64,000 nt of DNA from Chiloscyllium plagiosum (Eukaryota), in the NCBI RefSeq assembly GCF_004010195.1, contig NC_057749.1, forward strand, positions 26,828,949 to 26,892,948, in the 5' to 3' direction. The stretch's first letter is position 1. Every line of letters begins with the position of its first letter. The notes beneath the pieces were generated by a model. It ran no database searches and was not told the origin of the DNA. It was given only the letters and a program-made list of their open reading frames with translations. Below, in pieces: positions 25,912 through 39,779 of the stretch. The position numbers and the translations under genes were made by a program.

Positions 25912-27179
25912 CTACGGGAATAAAAAGACAGTTTAATTGTTGTGACCTAGATTCATGATAGCAATTAATCTTGGGAAGGGTGAACTCTGCATCAGACCAT
26001 TGTGCTAAAACTAACAACAATGTGATACCTATCATAACACAAACTGTTGCATTTAGATGGTGACATGCCCTGTATGTCATAAATTAAAATTGAAAACATT
26101 TTTAAAGTATTTCAAATAAAACAAAGCTCTGCAAATATCTAGTTCGACAAAACTTTTCCCTTTTGTCTCTTGATGAAGATAGGGCAATTTTTAACTTGTA
26201 AGGCAATGTTCATTGACTGACACCATTGAGACAGAATGCTGAGCTGATATAAATTGTTGTAAGCTGATAAAAATTCACAACGTATAAGAGATAATATGCA
26301 GATATAAGCAAGAATCACTGTGACACAAAATTAAGATTAGACTTTGGCTCAAATATGAAGTTCTTTGAGGTTTGAATTTTCAATTCCTGCAGTGCATTAG
26401 CCACAAATGCATCAAAATAGCAGGATCCTTGTTCTGGTCCTTGAACTTAAACACTACAGAATGAGGCCCTTATTCAAATGAAAATGTCAGCATTCACGTT
26501 TCCTTCATGAGTCACAAACCACCCTTTTTTCCTTACTGGCTAAAATAGGATTTAATGCAGGCCTGAGAGTGAAGTGCAAACAGAAGCAAGGAGAAATCTC
26601 CAGAAGCCAGCTGCATCAGAATCTCTGCATCTCTGTTCCCTTTCTCTGTAAAGTTGCTTTCTTCTATTCTGTTGAAGAGCAAGAAAACTACATCAGAGAT
26701 GCTGAAAAAAATAATTCTAGACCAAAGTTAAAGGAAAAATCCCAGGTCCAAGTAATCAACCAGAGAACCTAAAGCTGATCATCTTTGTGCAGATAACATC
26801 TTGTTATCATCAAAGAATTGAAAGAATTATGAGAAGTACTCATTTGGTTTTGTGATCTGAATTGGTGATGTAGATCTGTGGTGCTCTAATTTTCTTTTGC
26901 TTCACCTATAATATTTGCGACTTGTTTGTTTCTTGTTGTGATCAAAATTGTACACAGTACATCACAGCACACAAGTATGTGGCCTTGCCAATGTTCTATA
27001 TAATTGTTCCTACTTTTTACTTTTTTATTTGATCAAGGAAATCTAGGCATTGCTGAACAGGCCAGTATTCATTCCCTATTCCTAACTGCCTTAGAGAAAG
27101 TTAACGTGAGCTGTCTCCTTGAACTGTTGTAATCCTTACGTTGAAGATGCACCTAACACTGTGTTATTAGGGATGTTGA

Positions 27180-30100
27180 ATGTTTTGTTTGTAAATATAT
27201 TTATTAGCCAAAAAAAACTTTTTTGACTCTAAATATAAAGTTATTGAAAATATAACAAATACCAGTATAATAACAAGGAAAACATAAATTACAAAACAAC
27301 TATTGTCTACTAACTACTAACCTACCCTATAATACAAAACAAAACCAAACACTGTGCAAAACAATACTGATAAGTAAGTGACTAATAAAACAAAAAAAAC
27401 CAAATGAACACACAAGATCACAAAATAACAATGCTCAGTGCAAAGTTCCCAAACAAAAAACGGGAATGTTGTATATATACCCGCATTAACTCAGGAGATC
27501 CCCCCTCCAGGGCCCAGCAAACGTAAATATCCTGGTTAAACGAACACCCTAGTTAAGATAGCAGACAAATCTGCATCCAAAGAACTCAAAAAAGGCTGCC
27601 ATGTCTTATAAAAAAGGTCTGTTGTGTGGTGCACCATATTTGTGAAAGAAATCCAAGGGAATGTGCTCCATAATTAATTTCTGGATTTCAACAAGCCCAG
27701 TGGGTTCTCAGACACCCAATTTATCAGAATATTCTTCCGTGCACAGTAAGTAAGAATATTAAATAGTTTCTTCTCATGCCCATCTAAAGATGATAAATTT
27801 GGTAGACTCAGGAGGAGAGATATTGGGTCTACTTTAGCTTCGCTCCTCAATACCTTCCTATCTCTCCTGCCACAGCGCTCCAATAAACACGGAGCCTGTG
27901 GCATGTTCAGAAGCAATGGGTAAGAGTACCTACACTTATTTTACATTTGGGGCACATTGGAGATGCCCTTCTTTAAACTTTGCCAGACAGTCCGATGCCA
28001 AATGAACCCTGTGCAGAACTTTTAACTGCATAGCATGTCCTATTACAAATTGAGATCTTTCACACATTCTCCTATATGTCCTCCCACAGTTCAGAAGACA
28101 TCTCCACTCCCAGCTCTTGCTCCCAAACCTCACATAACCGATTAATATCTTGCCAGGCCCAACCACCCAGCAAGCGATAAAGGACAATAACTGAAAGGGT
28201 GCTTGTGGCACGTAGCTACAACCTCTTTGTATTGGACTTATAGGGCTTAGTGAGACGCGTAGTCTTCTTCTGGATAAAATCCCTAACCTGAAAAAACGGA
28301 AAAGATCTCTGCTGGGCAGCCTGTATTTGCGGCTCAGTTGCTTGAAAAACATCAGAACTTCACCCTCAAACAAGTCTCCCAAATTGGAAACTTCTCTCAC
28401 TGCCCAAAGTTTGAACCCTGAGTCCATTATCCCTGGTCGGAACCCCAGCATACCAATTATGGGAGTGAGTGGTGAAGTCTTGAATAAGCAGCCCTCACTA
28501 TTGACGCATTGCTTCCATGCCTTGACCGTACTAATAACAACGGGGTTCTGGCAGTGATCCATAACTGTCCTCACCTTATCCATGAACAACAGGTTAATAA
28601 GAGGGCATTTTAGATTAGATTTAGATTACATTACAGTGTAGAAACAGGCCCTTCGGCCCAACAAGTCCACACCGACCCGCCGAAGCGAAACCCACCCATA
28701 CCCCTACATTTACCCCTTACCTAACACTACGGGCAATTTAGCATGGCCAATTCACCTGACCCTGCACATCTTTTGGACTGTGGGAGGAAACCGGAGCACC
28801 CAGAGGAAACCCACGCAGACACGGGGAGAACGTGCAAACTCCACACAGTCAGTCGCCTGAGGTGGGAATTGAACCCGGGTCTCAGGCGCTGTGAGGCAGC
28901 AGTGCTAACCACTGTGCCACCGTGCCGCCCCCTTTTGTCTGGAAGGCCTTGATATCCAACCATAATGAGCCTGGATTGTTACCTGCCCAATCACACACAA
29001 AGGACAGCATCGAACTCAACTAATACCTCCTGATTTCTGGGAAATCAACTCCTTCCCATTCTCGACACAACTGCAATTTAGTAAGTTTGATGATGAGCTG
29101 CCCACGACACCAGACAAAGGAACTAAACCAACCCATGAGTTTCCGCAACGTTGTCCTGGGAAACATTACAGGGAGTATATGCATGGGATAAAGCAAACAC
29201 GGAAGGACAATCATCTTAATAAGGCATATTCGGCCCAACCACAAAATTGGAAGAGCCTCCCATCTCTGAAGATGCTGCCTGATGTTATTGAGCAGGTGAG
29301 CAAAATTAGTCCTAAATAACCAATCAAACATGGGGGTAATAAAGATACCTAGGTTTTGGAAACCCCCATGTGAGCACTTAAAAGGGTAACCTAGGGATAC
29401 CGTCAACCTCTGGCACTTCCTTGAGGTCCGCAAAAGTCATAGCCTCCTACTTTGTAAATTGATCTTATATCCTGAAATAGCCCCAAATGAATTAATACAT
29501 TGTATCAGATGGGGTACGGAGGTCTTTGGGTCCAATAAAAACAGAAGGACGCCGTAAACAGTGTAATCTTGTGCACCCTCGATCCCAATTCCACAGCAGT
29601 TATGTGAACATTCAGATGAATGGCCTCTGCCAGCGGCTCTATCACCAATGTAAACAACAACGGTGAGAGGGGGCAGCCTTGACGACTACCCCTGCCAATC
29701 CTAAAGTTTCCAGACTTCACCTCGTTGGTGATGACTGCAGCCAGAGGGTGGCGATATAAAACTTCCACCCACATAGCAAGGACCCCACCCAACCAAACCA
29801 CTCTAAGACATAAAAGAAATACTGCCACTCTAGCTGGCCAAATGCTTTCTCTGCATCTAAGGAAATCACCAATCCCTGGATCATATTCAGCAACCTTTTA
29901 ATATTATTAGAGGACGTATGGCCCCTTATGAAACCTGTCTGGTCCTCTTTGACAAAAAATGGCAACAACTTCTCCAATCTCAGCACCAAAATCTTAGACA
30001 GAATCTTAAAATCTGAATTTAATAAAGAGATGGTCCTGTATAAGGCACAATCCTTAGGAACCTTCCCCTTCTTAAGAATGAGGGAAAGATTAGCTTCTCT

Positions 30101-31545
30101 CAAAGACAGTGGTAGGCATTCATGCATAAATGAGTGACTGTACATTTCCAGTATTGACCCTGACAGAATCCCAATAAACTCCTTTTAAACTCACCCAGGA
30201 GACCATCAGAGCCAGGTGCTTTCCCAGTCTGAAGTTGCCTAGCTGCCTCCTGTATTTTCTGAACTGTCAAGGTGGCATTAAGGAGAGAGGCGTCTTCTAA
30301 GGTTACGCCCGGGAGGTCCAGGGTTACGCCCAAGAGGTGGCCCTCCTATCCTCGCAATCTTCAGATTCATACAATTCAGAGTAAAAACTCCGAAAAATCT
30401 CATTAATCCTTTTGACATCATATGTAAGGACCCTGGCGCTGTCTCTAACCACAGTAATGGATTGGACAGCATGCTTTTGCCTAGTCAGGTCCGCCAAATA
30501 CTTCCCTTCCCTATCCCCATACTCGAACAGCCTTTGTCTAGCAAAAGCAAGTTCTTTGTTTGCGGTTTGTATAAGTATTGATTTCAAGGCAGCCCGAAGG
30601 GCCGTGATCCGCTGTAGCTTGGTCTCGAAAGGCCTCATAAAATGTGCCGTCTCAGTGGCTTTCAGCCGCATTTCAAGTAGATGCTGTTCCCCCTTCTGTC
30701 AGTTCTGGCCAACCAAATAGGAAATAGCTAATCCCCTAGCAAAGGCCTTAGCAGTCTCCCATAGCATAGATGTGCCTGAATTCTTAGTCAAAAACTCCTG
30801 AAACTCCCTCAAAACATATTCCACAAATTTGGAATCCTTAAGGAGAAAAGGATCCAGACGCCAGTGCCGCAAATCTGGACCCTCACTATTGGCCTTCACC
30901 TCCAAATATACTGCCGCGTGATCAGAGATAGCTGTGTTCCCAATTTTACAACCTGTAATCAAAACCAGAAGGGTCGAGAGAGCCAAAAAAATTCAATCCT
31001 CGTGTAACATTTATGTGGATTTGAAAAAAAGATGAAGTCCCTGCCGGTAGGGTGAAGACATCTCCAAATGTCCACTAGCCCCAACTCCTCACATAAGTCA
31101 GTCACCTGCTTGGCCTACGAGGAAATAGCTGAGGGCCCACTAGACTTCCTGTCCACTGTCAGATCCAAAAGGCAATTGAAATCCCCCCTATAATAATGTG
31201 CCATGTTCCAAAGGCACTCAACTTAGAAAAGGCACGAATCAAAAATTTGAGGGGATGCGCAGAAGGGCAGTAGACATTTAAAATGCCATCTTCCTCCCCA
31301 CGTATCAGGGCCTTAAGTATCACAAACAGCCCTTGCTAATCTTCCACCTGCTCTAATAATATGATCGGAAGATTTTTTTGGTAAGTACAGCCACTATCTT
31401 ACTTTTAGTAACAAAGGATGAAAAGAATCTCCACTCGTAACCCCCCCTGTTTTAACTTCAGGTCAAGATGGGTTTCCTGCAAAGGGCGATAACGACCCTT
31501 CCCTCTTAAGGCTAGAAAGCACATTTTTCCTTCTAACAGGCAAAT
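27180..31545 (-). mobile_element. Degenerate L1-clade LINE ORF2 (EN+RT+C-term) with 3' UTR
   Basis: ISDHAAV..., WRLDPFLLKD, KAPGSDG, YRTISLLNSDFKILSKIL, SLDAEKAF, GSRQGCPLSPLLFTLVIEPLA, LGRICLIKM; A-rich 3' end near 27180. Confidence 0.9.
28609..28929 (-). mobile_element. HE1-type SINE inserted in L1
   Basis: Near-identical to 6989-7301. Confidence 0.9.
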
Positions 31546-31969
31546 GATTGTGGTAACTGCTTGTCTTAATGTAAACCCCGCTTGAACTGTTTTTGAAATG
31601 GTTTGGATTGGAGAGGCCTTGATTTATGTGGTTCACTGGAGAAAAACCTACCAAGAATAAACTAAGTTAGAGGGGAGCCTGTTAAGAATGAACTAAGCTG
31701 GGGGAAAGCCTGCTATAAACAAGCCATCTAACTGATATCTCTCCTATTTCTGAAAAGAATACCCTCCGTATCAGTTCAGGATGAAACTTATTTGTTATTT
31801 TAAAAGACTGATTGAGCAAGCTGTAACTGCATGACTTCAGAGGCAATTACGCATGATTAGTGATCTGATCATACATGCAAGAACATCCTGATCAAATTTC
31901 TTTTTTGTTTTCAAGAATAAATATTGGCCAAATGTTGTTGATTTTTCTCAGAAGCTAGTTGAAAGAAGC

Positions 31970-34300
31970 TCATTGTAATTTTCCAAAATTCCCTGGATGC
32001 AGGAAAAGTTCCAGTGCACTGGAACAATGCTAACATAACGCCCTCATTTAAAAAGGGAGGGAGGCAAAAAGTAGGATCCTGCAGACCAGTTAGTTTAAAA
32101 TGTGTTGCTAAGAAATCGTTAGAATCCATTATTAAGGAAGTAATAACAGGATTTAGGAAAGTCAAAATGCAATCCATCAGAGTCAGCATGGCCTTACGAA
32201 GAGCATGTAGTATATCTAAACTTCCAGGAGGTATTTCATAAGGTGCCATGCAAAATGTTAATACATAAGGTAAGATCACATGGAGTTTAGTTATTAGCTT
32301 GGATAAAAAGTTGGTCAACCAGCAGAAAGTTGTGATAAATGGGCCTTTTTCTGGTTGGCAAGATATAATTGTGGGGTGCGAAAGGGTTTAGTCCTGCGGC
32401 CCAGCTTACAATCTATATTAATGACTTGAATGCGGGAATAAAAGGGTAAATTTGCAGATGACACAAAGACAGATAGGCAGGTACGTTGCAATAATGAAAT
32501 GAGAAATTTACAAATAGGTTAGTTGAATGATCCAAAATTTGGTAGAAATAAGAAAGGAAATAGGGAAATCCCCGGCAATTACAGACCAGCAAGTCTCACG
32601 TCTGTTGTCTGCAAGGTGTTAGAACGGATTCTGAGGGATAGGATTTATGACCATCTGGAAGAGCATGGCTTGATTAAATGCAGTCAACACAGCTTTGTGA
32701 GGGGCAGGTCATGCCTCACAAACCTTATCGAGTTCTTTGAGGATGTGACTAGAAACGTTGATGAGGGTTGAGCTGTGAATGTGGTGTATATGGACTTCAG
32801 CAAGGCATTTAATAAGGTTCCCATGGTAGGCTCATTCANNNNNNNNNNNNNNNNNNNNNNNNNNNNNNNNNNNNNNNNNNNNNNNNNNNNNNNNNNNNNN
32901 NNNNNNNNNNNNNNNNNNNNNNNNNNNNNNNNNNNNNNNNNNNNNNNNNNNNNNNNNNNNNNNNNNNNNNNNNNNNNNNNNNNNNNNNNNNNNNNNNNNN
33001 NNNNNNNNNNNNNNNNNNNNNNNNNNNNNNNNNNNNNNNNNNNNNNNNNNNNNNNNNNNNNNNNNNNNNNNNNNNNNNNNNNNNNNNNNNNNNNNNNNNN
33101 NNNNNNNNNNNNNNNNNNNNNNNNNNNNNNNNNNNNNNNNNNNNNNNNNNNNNNNNNNNNNNNNNNNNNNNNNNNNNNNNNNNNNNNNNNNNNNNNNNNN
33201 NNNNNNNNNNNNNNNNNNNNNNNNNNNNNNNNNNCTGCATCCAGTTCTGGTCGCCCTATTATAGGAAAGATGTGGATGCCTTGGAGAGGGTTCAGAGGAG
33301 GTTTACCAGGATGCTGCCTGGACTGGAGGGCTTATCTTATGAAGAGAGGTTGACTGAGCTCGGACTTTTTTCATTGGAGTAAAGGAGGAAGAGAGGGGAC
33401 CTATTTGAGGTATAAAAGATAATGAGAGGCATAGATAGAGTCAAAAGCCAGAGACTATTTCCCAGGGCAGAAATGGCTAACATGAGGGGTCATAGTTTTA
33501 AGCTGGTTGGAGGAAAGTATAGAGGGGATGTCAGAGGCGGGTTCTTTACACAGAGAGTTGTGAGAGCATGGAATGTGTTGCCAGCAGCAGTTGTGGAAGC
33601 AAGGTCATTGGGGACATTTAAGAGACTGCTGGACATGCATATGGTCACATAAATTTGAGGGTGCATACATGAGGATCAATGGTCGGCACAACATCGTGGG
33701 CTGAAGGGCCTGTTCTGTGCTGTACTGTTCTATGTTCTATGAGTTTAACATGGCTGAGTATGAGATTATCCATTTTGATTTGAAGAATAGAAAGGCAACT
33801 TATCTAAATGGACAGAAATTTCAGACTGTTTCAGTGAAGAGGGATCTTGGTGTCTTCATGTATGAATCACAGAAAACTGTTATGCAGGTACAGCAGTTAG
33901 ACCTATACTCTCTAGAGTTTAGAAGCATCATCTGAATGAGGTATACAAGATACGAAAGGGGTTGAAAAACTAGATGCAGAGAGGATATTTCCTCATATCG
34001 AGAATGAGAGGTCATAGTTTAAGGATAAGGGGTGGCAGATTAACACAGAGAGTGGTGGGTGCGTGGAATGCACTGTCAGAATTCACCAATCTGAGTAGAG
34101 TTGGATACATTAGGGACTTTTAAGCAACTCTTGGATAGGCACATGGATGACAGTAAAATGAAGGGTATGTAGGTTAGTTTGATCTTAGAGTATGATAAAA
34201 GGTCAGCACAACCTCGAGGGCTGAAGGATCTGTACTGCACTGTTCTGTCCTATGTTCTATTTAAACCAATGATAAGGAGAAATCACTTCTCTCAAAGGAT
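31970..34300 (+). mobile_element. Cluster of nested CR1 fragments spanning a gap
   Basis: NYRPASLTSVVCKVLE, HSFVRGRSCLTNLIEFFE, YMDFSKAF, FFTQRVV; several ttctatg tails. Confidence 0.85.
32839..33234. other. Assembly gap (N run)
   Basis: Continuous N bases. Confidence 1.
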
Positions 34301-34634
34301 TGTGAAGATCACATGTGTGAAAACAGGTTTTAAATCAGCCTGCAGAACTTTCTGACGCTCCAGAGGGAGAAGTGAACTTGAAAGTACACAAAGCAAGACG
34401 AGTCACTTTCAACAAACATCTTCACAGAGATGTATCTAGATTTGTTTAGAACCAAACAACCAATTTTTCTACTGGCCCATGCAGGAAATAAACTGAACAG
34501 CAAAACCAGCCAGTTTTATCTTAAAATATTAAAACTTGAATCATGACCCAATTCCAAGGGCTTGTCTCCTTAAAGTTTTAGGGCACGCAAGTCTGGACAA
34601 ATTGTTCTAATTGCATTCTATATATAATTACTAC

Positions 34635-34731
34635 CTGCTGAATCTCTTCAATTTCTAGTTGCAGTGAGTGTTCAGGAGCTCTTACAGGAGCATTGCCACT
34701 TTGTAATTCTACACTCTGAAGACTAGAGGCT
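34635..34731 (-). CDS. KASH5: Exon 5 of KASH5-like gene; (I)ASSLQSVELQSGNAPVRAPEHSLQLEIEEIQQ
   Basis: tcttttttctgtatctgcag| acceptor, CAG|gtagta donor, 97 nt, phase 2-0. 'SLQLEIEEIQQ' resembles KASH5 'SLGLEIEAIRQ' (memory). Confidence 0.82.
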
Positions 34732-36112
34732 CTGCAGATACAGAAAAAAGACATAAGATGCCCTGGCCAATATTTATTCAATCACAAAAGACAGATTATC
34801 TAGGTGATATTATGTTATTGTTTGTGGTAGCTAGCTGGGCAAACTAGCTGCTGGATTTCCTACTTTAGAACATTGACTATATCTCAAAAGTAGCTAATTT
34901 CTTGTAAAGTGTTTGGGGTTGAAAGGTCATGAAAATACTTTATAAATCCAAATTGTTCTTCCTTTCTTTTTACTCCTATTTCTATGTAAACAAACAAATG
35001 TTTCAGTTAGTGTTTGGCACCTGCAAGAATTCCTCAACTGGATCATCAAAGACCATTTCTCCATCAAAAATGGGAATGTTTGCTGATGATTACTTTATTC
35101 AATATCATTTGCAAATCCTCAAACATTGAAGCAATGTATCCGTGTGCAAAAGGACCTCGATGATATTGAGGTTTAGGGCTGGCATGTAACTTTCACATCA
35201 AACAAGAAACAGCAATGACCTCCTCAAGCAAGAGAAAATCTAAGCATCTTCCTTGATATTCAGCAGCAGTATAACCCAAGATCTCACACCATCAATGTCC
35301 ATCTGGGTTACCACTGGTCAGAAACTTAACTGGAGCAGTTATACATATATATATGGCTACAACAGCTTAAGAATAGAAGGAATAGGAGCAGGAATAGGCC
35401 AATCAACTCTTCAAGGCTGTTCAGATATTCAACTTGACCGTGGCTGACTTGCTATCTCAATAGCATTTTCCCACATCCCTTGATATTTCAAAATCTATTG
35501 AACTCAGTCATTTTGCTTGTTCAAGACAAAATTTCCAGATTCTTCTGGGGTAGAGATTTCCAAACATTCACCAATCTGAGTAAAGAAATGCTTCCTCCTC
35601 TCAGTATTAAATGAGAACTACGTCTCTTGGTTCTACAGAAATTATCCTTCCTATAGCAACCCTATCAAGCCCTGTAAAAATATCTCCCATTCAACTAACA
35701 TCTATAGAATAGAGGCCCAATTTCCTCAATCTCTCCTCAAAGAATATTCCTGGGATCAGTCCAGTCTGGTGAAACGTCTCTGATGTTCCTCTCAGGCAAG
35801 TATATCCCTTCTCAGGCACGGTGGCCAGAACAGTACACAATAATCCGGGTGCAATGTCACCAAGGTTCTAAACAATTGAATGAACAGGGCAAAAACCTGG
35901 CAGATAGAGCTTAATGTAGTGAAGTATGCACTTTGGAAGGAAGAATTAGAAGGCAACTATTATTAAATGGAAAGAGACTCGAAAAATGTGTAGATCAGAG
36001 GAACCTAGTGTCCTGTGCATGAAACACAAAAAGTTAGCATACAGATGCAGGCAAGACCCTAAATGTCAAAATAGCACACACCTGCCATTTCCCCACTACC
36101 TGCACATTAGAT

Positions 36113-36312
36113 AGTCAGTTAGCTCAGTTGGAAGGACAGCTAGATTGTTCTGCAAAGTGACGCCAACAGAATGGGTTCAATTCCAGCATTGACTGAAGTT
36201 ACAATGAACCTCTCTCAACCTCTCCTCTTGCCTGAGGTGTGGTGACCCTCAGTTTAAACCATCACCAGTCATCTCTCTCTAATGAGAGAGGAATATGGTG
36301 ATCTTACCTTTA
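36113..36312 (+). mobile_element. Second tRNA-derived SINE family (copies also at 62183-62390 minus and, split, at 54310-54450/55945-55990)
   Basis: A-box TAGCTCAGTTGG, B-box GGTTCAATTCC; body shared with the other copies (cctgaggtgtggtgaccctcag.ttaaacca.caccagtc). Confidence 0.7.
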
Positions 36313-37719
36313 ACAGGAGCTGCTTGCTTCACAACTCTGGCCATCAAACATCATGCAGCACTAAGGCTGGCTAGGTCATGTCCATTATTTTAGATGCAGC
36401 TACAGGTGGTTGCACAGCTAATCAAGAAAAGTCAACATGCATTTACAAATGTGATAATGTATATTGTGATATATCACCAACACTGCCTGTGTCCTCAGAA
36501 GGTCTCCTTTTTTCTTTCTTTCTCTCCTACATCTCAGTGCACTCCCAGTTGTGCAGCTGGGTGAAGTTAATCTACCCTACAAATGATCCATTTGGTTCTT
36601 CAGAGTTTTGATCAGCTGACTCTGGTGGCATCTGTGGCTAGAGAGACTAGACAGGCTGTTTCCTGCCCGAGATAGGTGCACCCTCCTTGTCTTGAACTCC
36701 CACAGGGCTGAGGGAGCTAGGTAAGGTGGAAATGGAAGGTTCAGCCACATCTGGAATATCCTAAGAGGAACGTCCTTGATCCTTCTACAGTTCCTTCTCT
36801 GGCTTGGTGCCTACTGACAACACCCTGTCCCCTTATAAAGAAGGATCATTTGTGGCAAGATCAAGGTCTCCTGTCCCACTGTAGTTTTGCCATTGGCACA
36901 GAGCATCTAGGGTACAGCAATGAATTGCAGGTCTGTGCAGAAATCCAGAACACTAAATGACTGACTGCTGGACTTGTCTCTCCATGGCAGCCCACAGGGT
37001 CTAATGGTGTTGTTGCAGTCATGCAATCATTATGTCAATTAGCTCGGTGTGCCTGACAAATCTGGCTGTTACTCCTGTGTCTGTTTGTGCATGCCAATAA
37101 AGTCATGAATTGCTGTAGGATCATCTACAGCCTGATGCTGAGTAGGTACCTGGTCTCTGGCAGATCTTTGACTGCCAGTGACCAAGGGCAAAGTTTCCTT
37201 GTCAACCTGTTGAGATGTTGCAGTAACATGCTCACCAGGTGCTCCTGCCTCTAATCCAGCTAAGATACCCACGCAAATGTTAGTATCTGAACTGGGGGGT
37301 GCAAGAGGCTGTTTTGCCAGTAGATCCTTTGAGACATTACGCTCTCTTCCTCTGAGATGAAGGATGGAATATCTCGTGGCATGATCTCCTGACCACTGAG
37401 ACCATGGCAATACCATGGTACCTGCAAGGAGAGAGACCAACGTTAAAAGTTATGGCACATTAATAATACATTCACAGTTGAAGTAATGGGGTAGTAACGC
37501 AGCAAAGAACAATGCTTCTTTCCTGGTTGCCAAGATATAAATGCTTCAAAGTCCCCTCAAGACTGGTCCTGGTCCTCACCAGTAAGGGTCAAGATCCCCT
37601 CCTCCTAGGGTGAGGAACCAAATGTTGGAAATCCACTAGCTGTCCTGGCCTTTCTGGCCTAATATGGGTCATTTTCTCCTGAAACAAAAAAAGGCAGGAA
37701 TTGAGTGAGATGATCTGTG

Positions 37720-38355
37720 GATCTGTCCAGGTCCAGAGATCCCTGAAAGTAGCAACACAGATGGATAAGGTGGTCAAGAGAAGACACCCTTGCCTTCATT
37801 GGCCAAGGCATTGAATGTAAAAGGTGGCAAGTTATGTTATAGCTGTATATAACTTTAGGCCAGATTTGGAATATTGTGGACAGTTCTGGTTGATACACTA
37901 CCAGAAGGATGTGGATGCTTTGCAGAGGGTGCAGAGGTTTACCAGGATGTTGCTTGGTCTGGAGAGTTCTGGGTATGAGAAGTTAGATAAACTCGGATTG
38001 TTTTCACTGGAAACATCAAGGCTGAAGGGCAACCTGACAGAGGTCTACAAAATTATGAGAGGCACAGACAGGGTACATAGTCAGTGGCTTTTTCCCAGGT
38101 GGAAAGGTCAACTACACCAGGGCACAGGTTCAAGGTAAGAGGCGGAAAGTTTAGGGGAGAAGTGTGGGGAAAATATTTCAGACAGAGGGTGGTGGGTGCC
38201 TGAAACACACTGCCAGTGGAGGTGATAGAAGCAGGAGGTGAACACAGGGACACAAACCATGAATAGGCAAGAAGTAGCGGTCAAAATAAGGATTAAGAAT
38301 CAGTGCAAGCTTGGTGGGATGAAGGGCCTGTTCCTGTGCTGTATTGTTCTTTGTT
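37720..38355 (+). mobile_element. CR1 3' fragment
   Basis: RPDLEYCGQFW...DVDALQRVQ-RFTRML. Confidence 0.85.
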
Positions 38356-38748
38356 GTTTGAAAATAGGTGGCACAGCTCTTGGTGCTGGTACAGGTTAAG
38401 GAAAAGTGGTGAGCTATCCTGATTGAGTGTGGACTAGGGTTGGAGAGGATAAAAATAAGCAAGGGAAGATGCTGCATGCAGTTGTGAGAATAGCAGAGTA
38501 TGAATGAATTTTGGTAGGAAGGAGGTAACAGTAGCACAGAGAGAGTGCATGTAAGCACCTCTATCTCCATAATCTAAATGATATTATACCAGCATACAAG
38601 AGCTATCTTATTGTAAATGCTCCTTCAGGCTAGTTGTTTTTACAATTTTTCAGTTTTTTTTGTACTCAAGTCCTACTTGCTGCTAGCCCTTGATTCCACC
38701 GACTTCTATTTTTGCTTTGTACTTTATCTTTCATTTCCATTTGTTTCC

Positions 38749-39182
38749 ATGGCAACACAACGGTTGGAGGAAGAGCGCCTCATCTTCTGCCTAGGAACCC
38801 TCCAACTACAAGGGATGAACTCAGATTTCTCCAGTTTCCTCATTTCCCCTCCCCCCACCTTGTCTCAGTCAAATCCCTCGAACTCAGCACCGCTTTCCTA
38901 ACCTGCAATCTTCTTCCTGACCTCTCCGCCCCCATCCCACTCCAGCCTATCACCCTCACCTTGACCTCCCTCCACCTATCGCAATTCCAACGCCCCTCCC
39001 CCAAGTCCCTCCTCCCTAGCTTTTATCTTAGCCTGCTGGACACACTTTCCTCATTCCTGAAGAAGGGCTTATGCCTGAAACGTCGATTCTCCTGTCCTTG
39101 GATGCTGCCTGACCTGCTGTGCTTTTCCAGCAACACATTTTCAGCTCTGATCTCCAGCATCTGCAGTCCTCACTTTCTCCTC
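38749..39182 (+). mobile_element. PLE 3' end: GIY-YIG C-terminus + pLTR with hammerhead motif (39057-39084)
   Basis: QRLEEERLIFCLGTLQLQGMNSDFSSF followed by CTGAAGA-a-GGGC-ttat-GCCT-GAAACGTC and the same terminus as 3073-3202. Confidence 0.85.
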
Positions 39183-39779
39183 CATTTGTTTCCCCAGTCT
39201 TGTCTCCCAGTCAGGTTCACAGATTCCTAACATTCTACTTTAAACTCTCCCCAACTGGACTAGCAAATACATTGTGAGGATACTGGTCCCAATCCCACTG
39301 AGGTACAACCCATCCAGCTTCAAAAGGTTCCAACATCTCCAGAATCGGTTCTGATGTTTCAAGAATCTAAATTCCTCTCTCCTAAACTATGCTTCCAGCT
39401 GCAAGATTGTTTAGTCTACACTTCTGCTGATCTTGCTTTCACATGTCACTGGATGTAAATCTGAGATTACTATCATAGAATCCCTAGTGTGGAAGCAGGC
39501 CATTCAGCCCATCAAGTTTACACCAACCCTCTGAAGAATATCCCACCCATCACAAGAAATAACACCACAACCCCAAAGAAACACAAACATATAAACAGAA
39601 AGCAGGAATCATCAGCAATGCTTCATCCGGAGGCTCACTGAAGATGTTCCCTAGTATGATGACAAAACATCTGAAAATGAACCTTCCAGCTCAGCAAACA
39701 AACCTACATCCAGAACCTCAACCTGAGCTACAAATCTCCTCAAAACTCGCTATAAGAAAGCTTCCTAATCAGATCTGGA

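Noticed and set aside
36620..37640. Possible PIF/Harbinger Myb/SANT remnant or host exon
   Set aside because: No diagnostic motif, TIR or splice-compatible frame could be established by eye.
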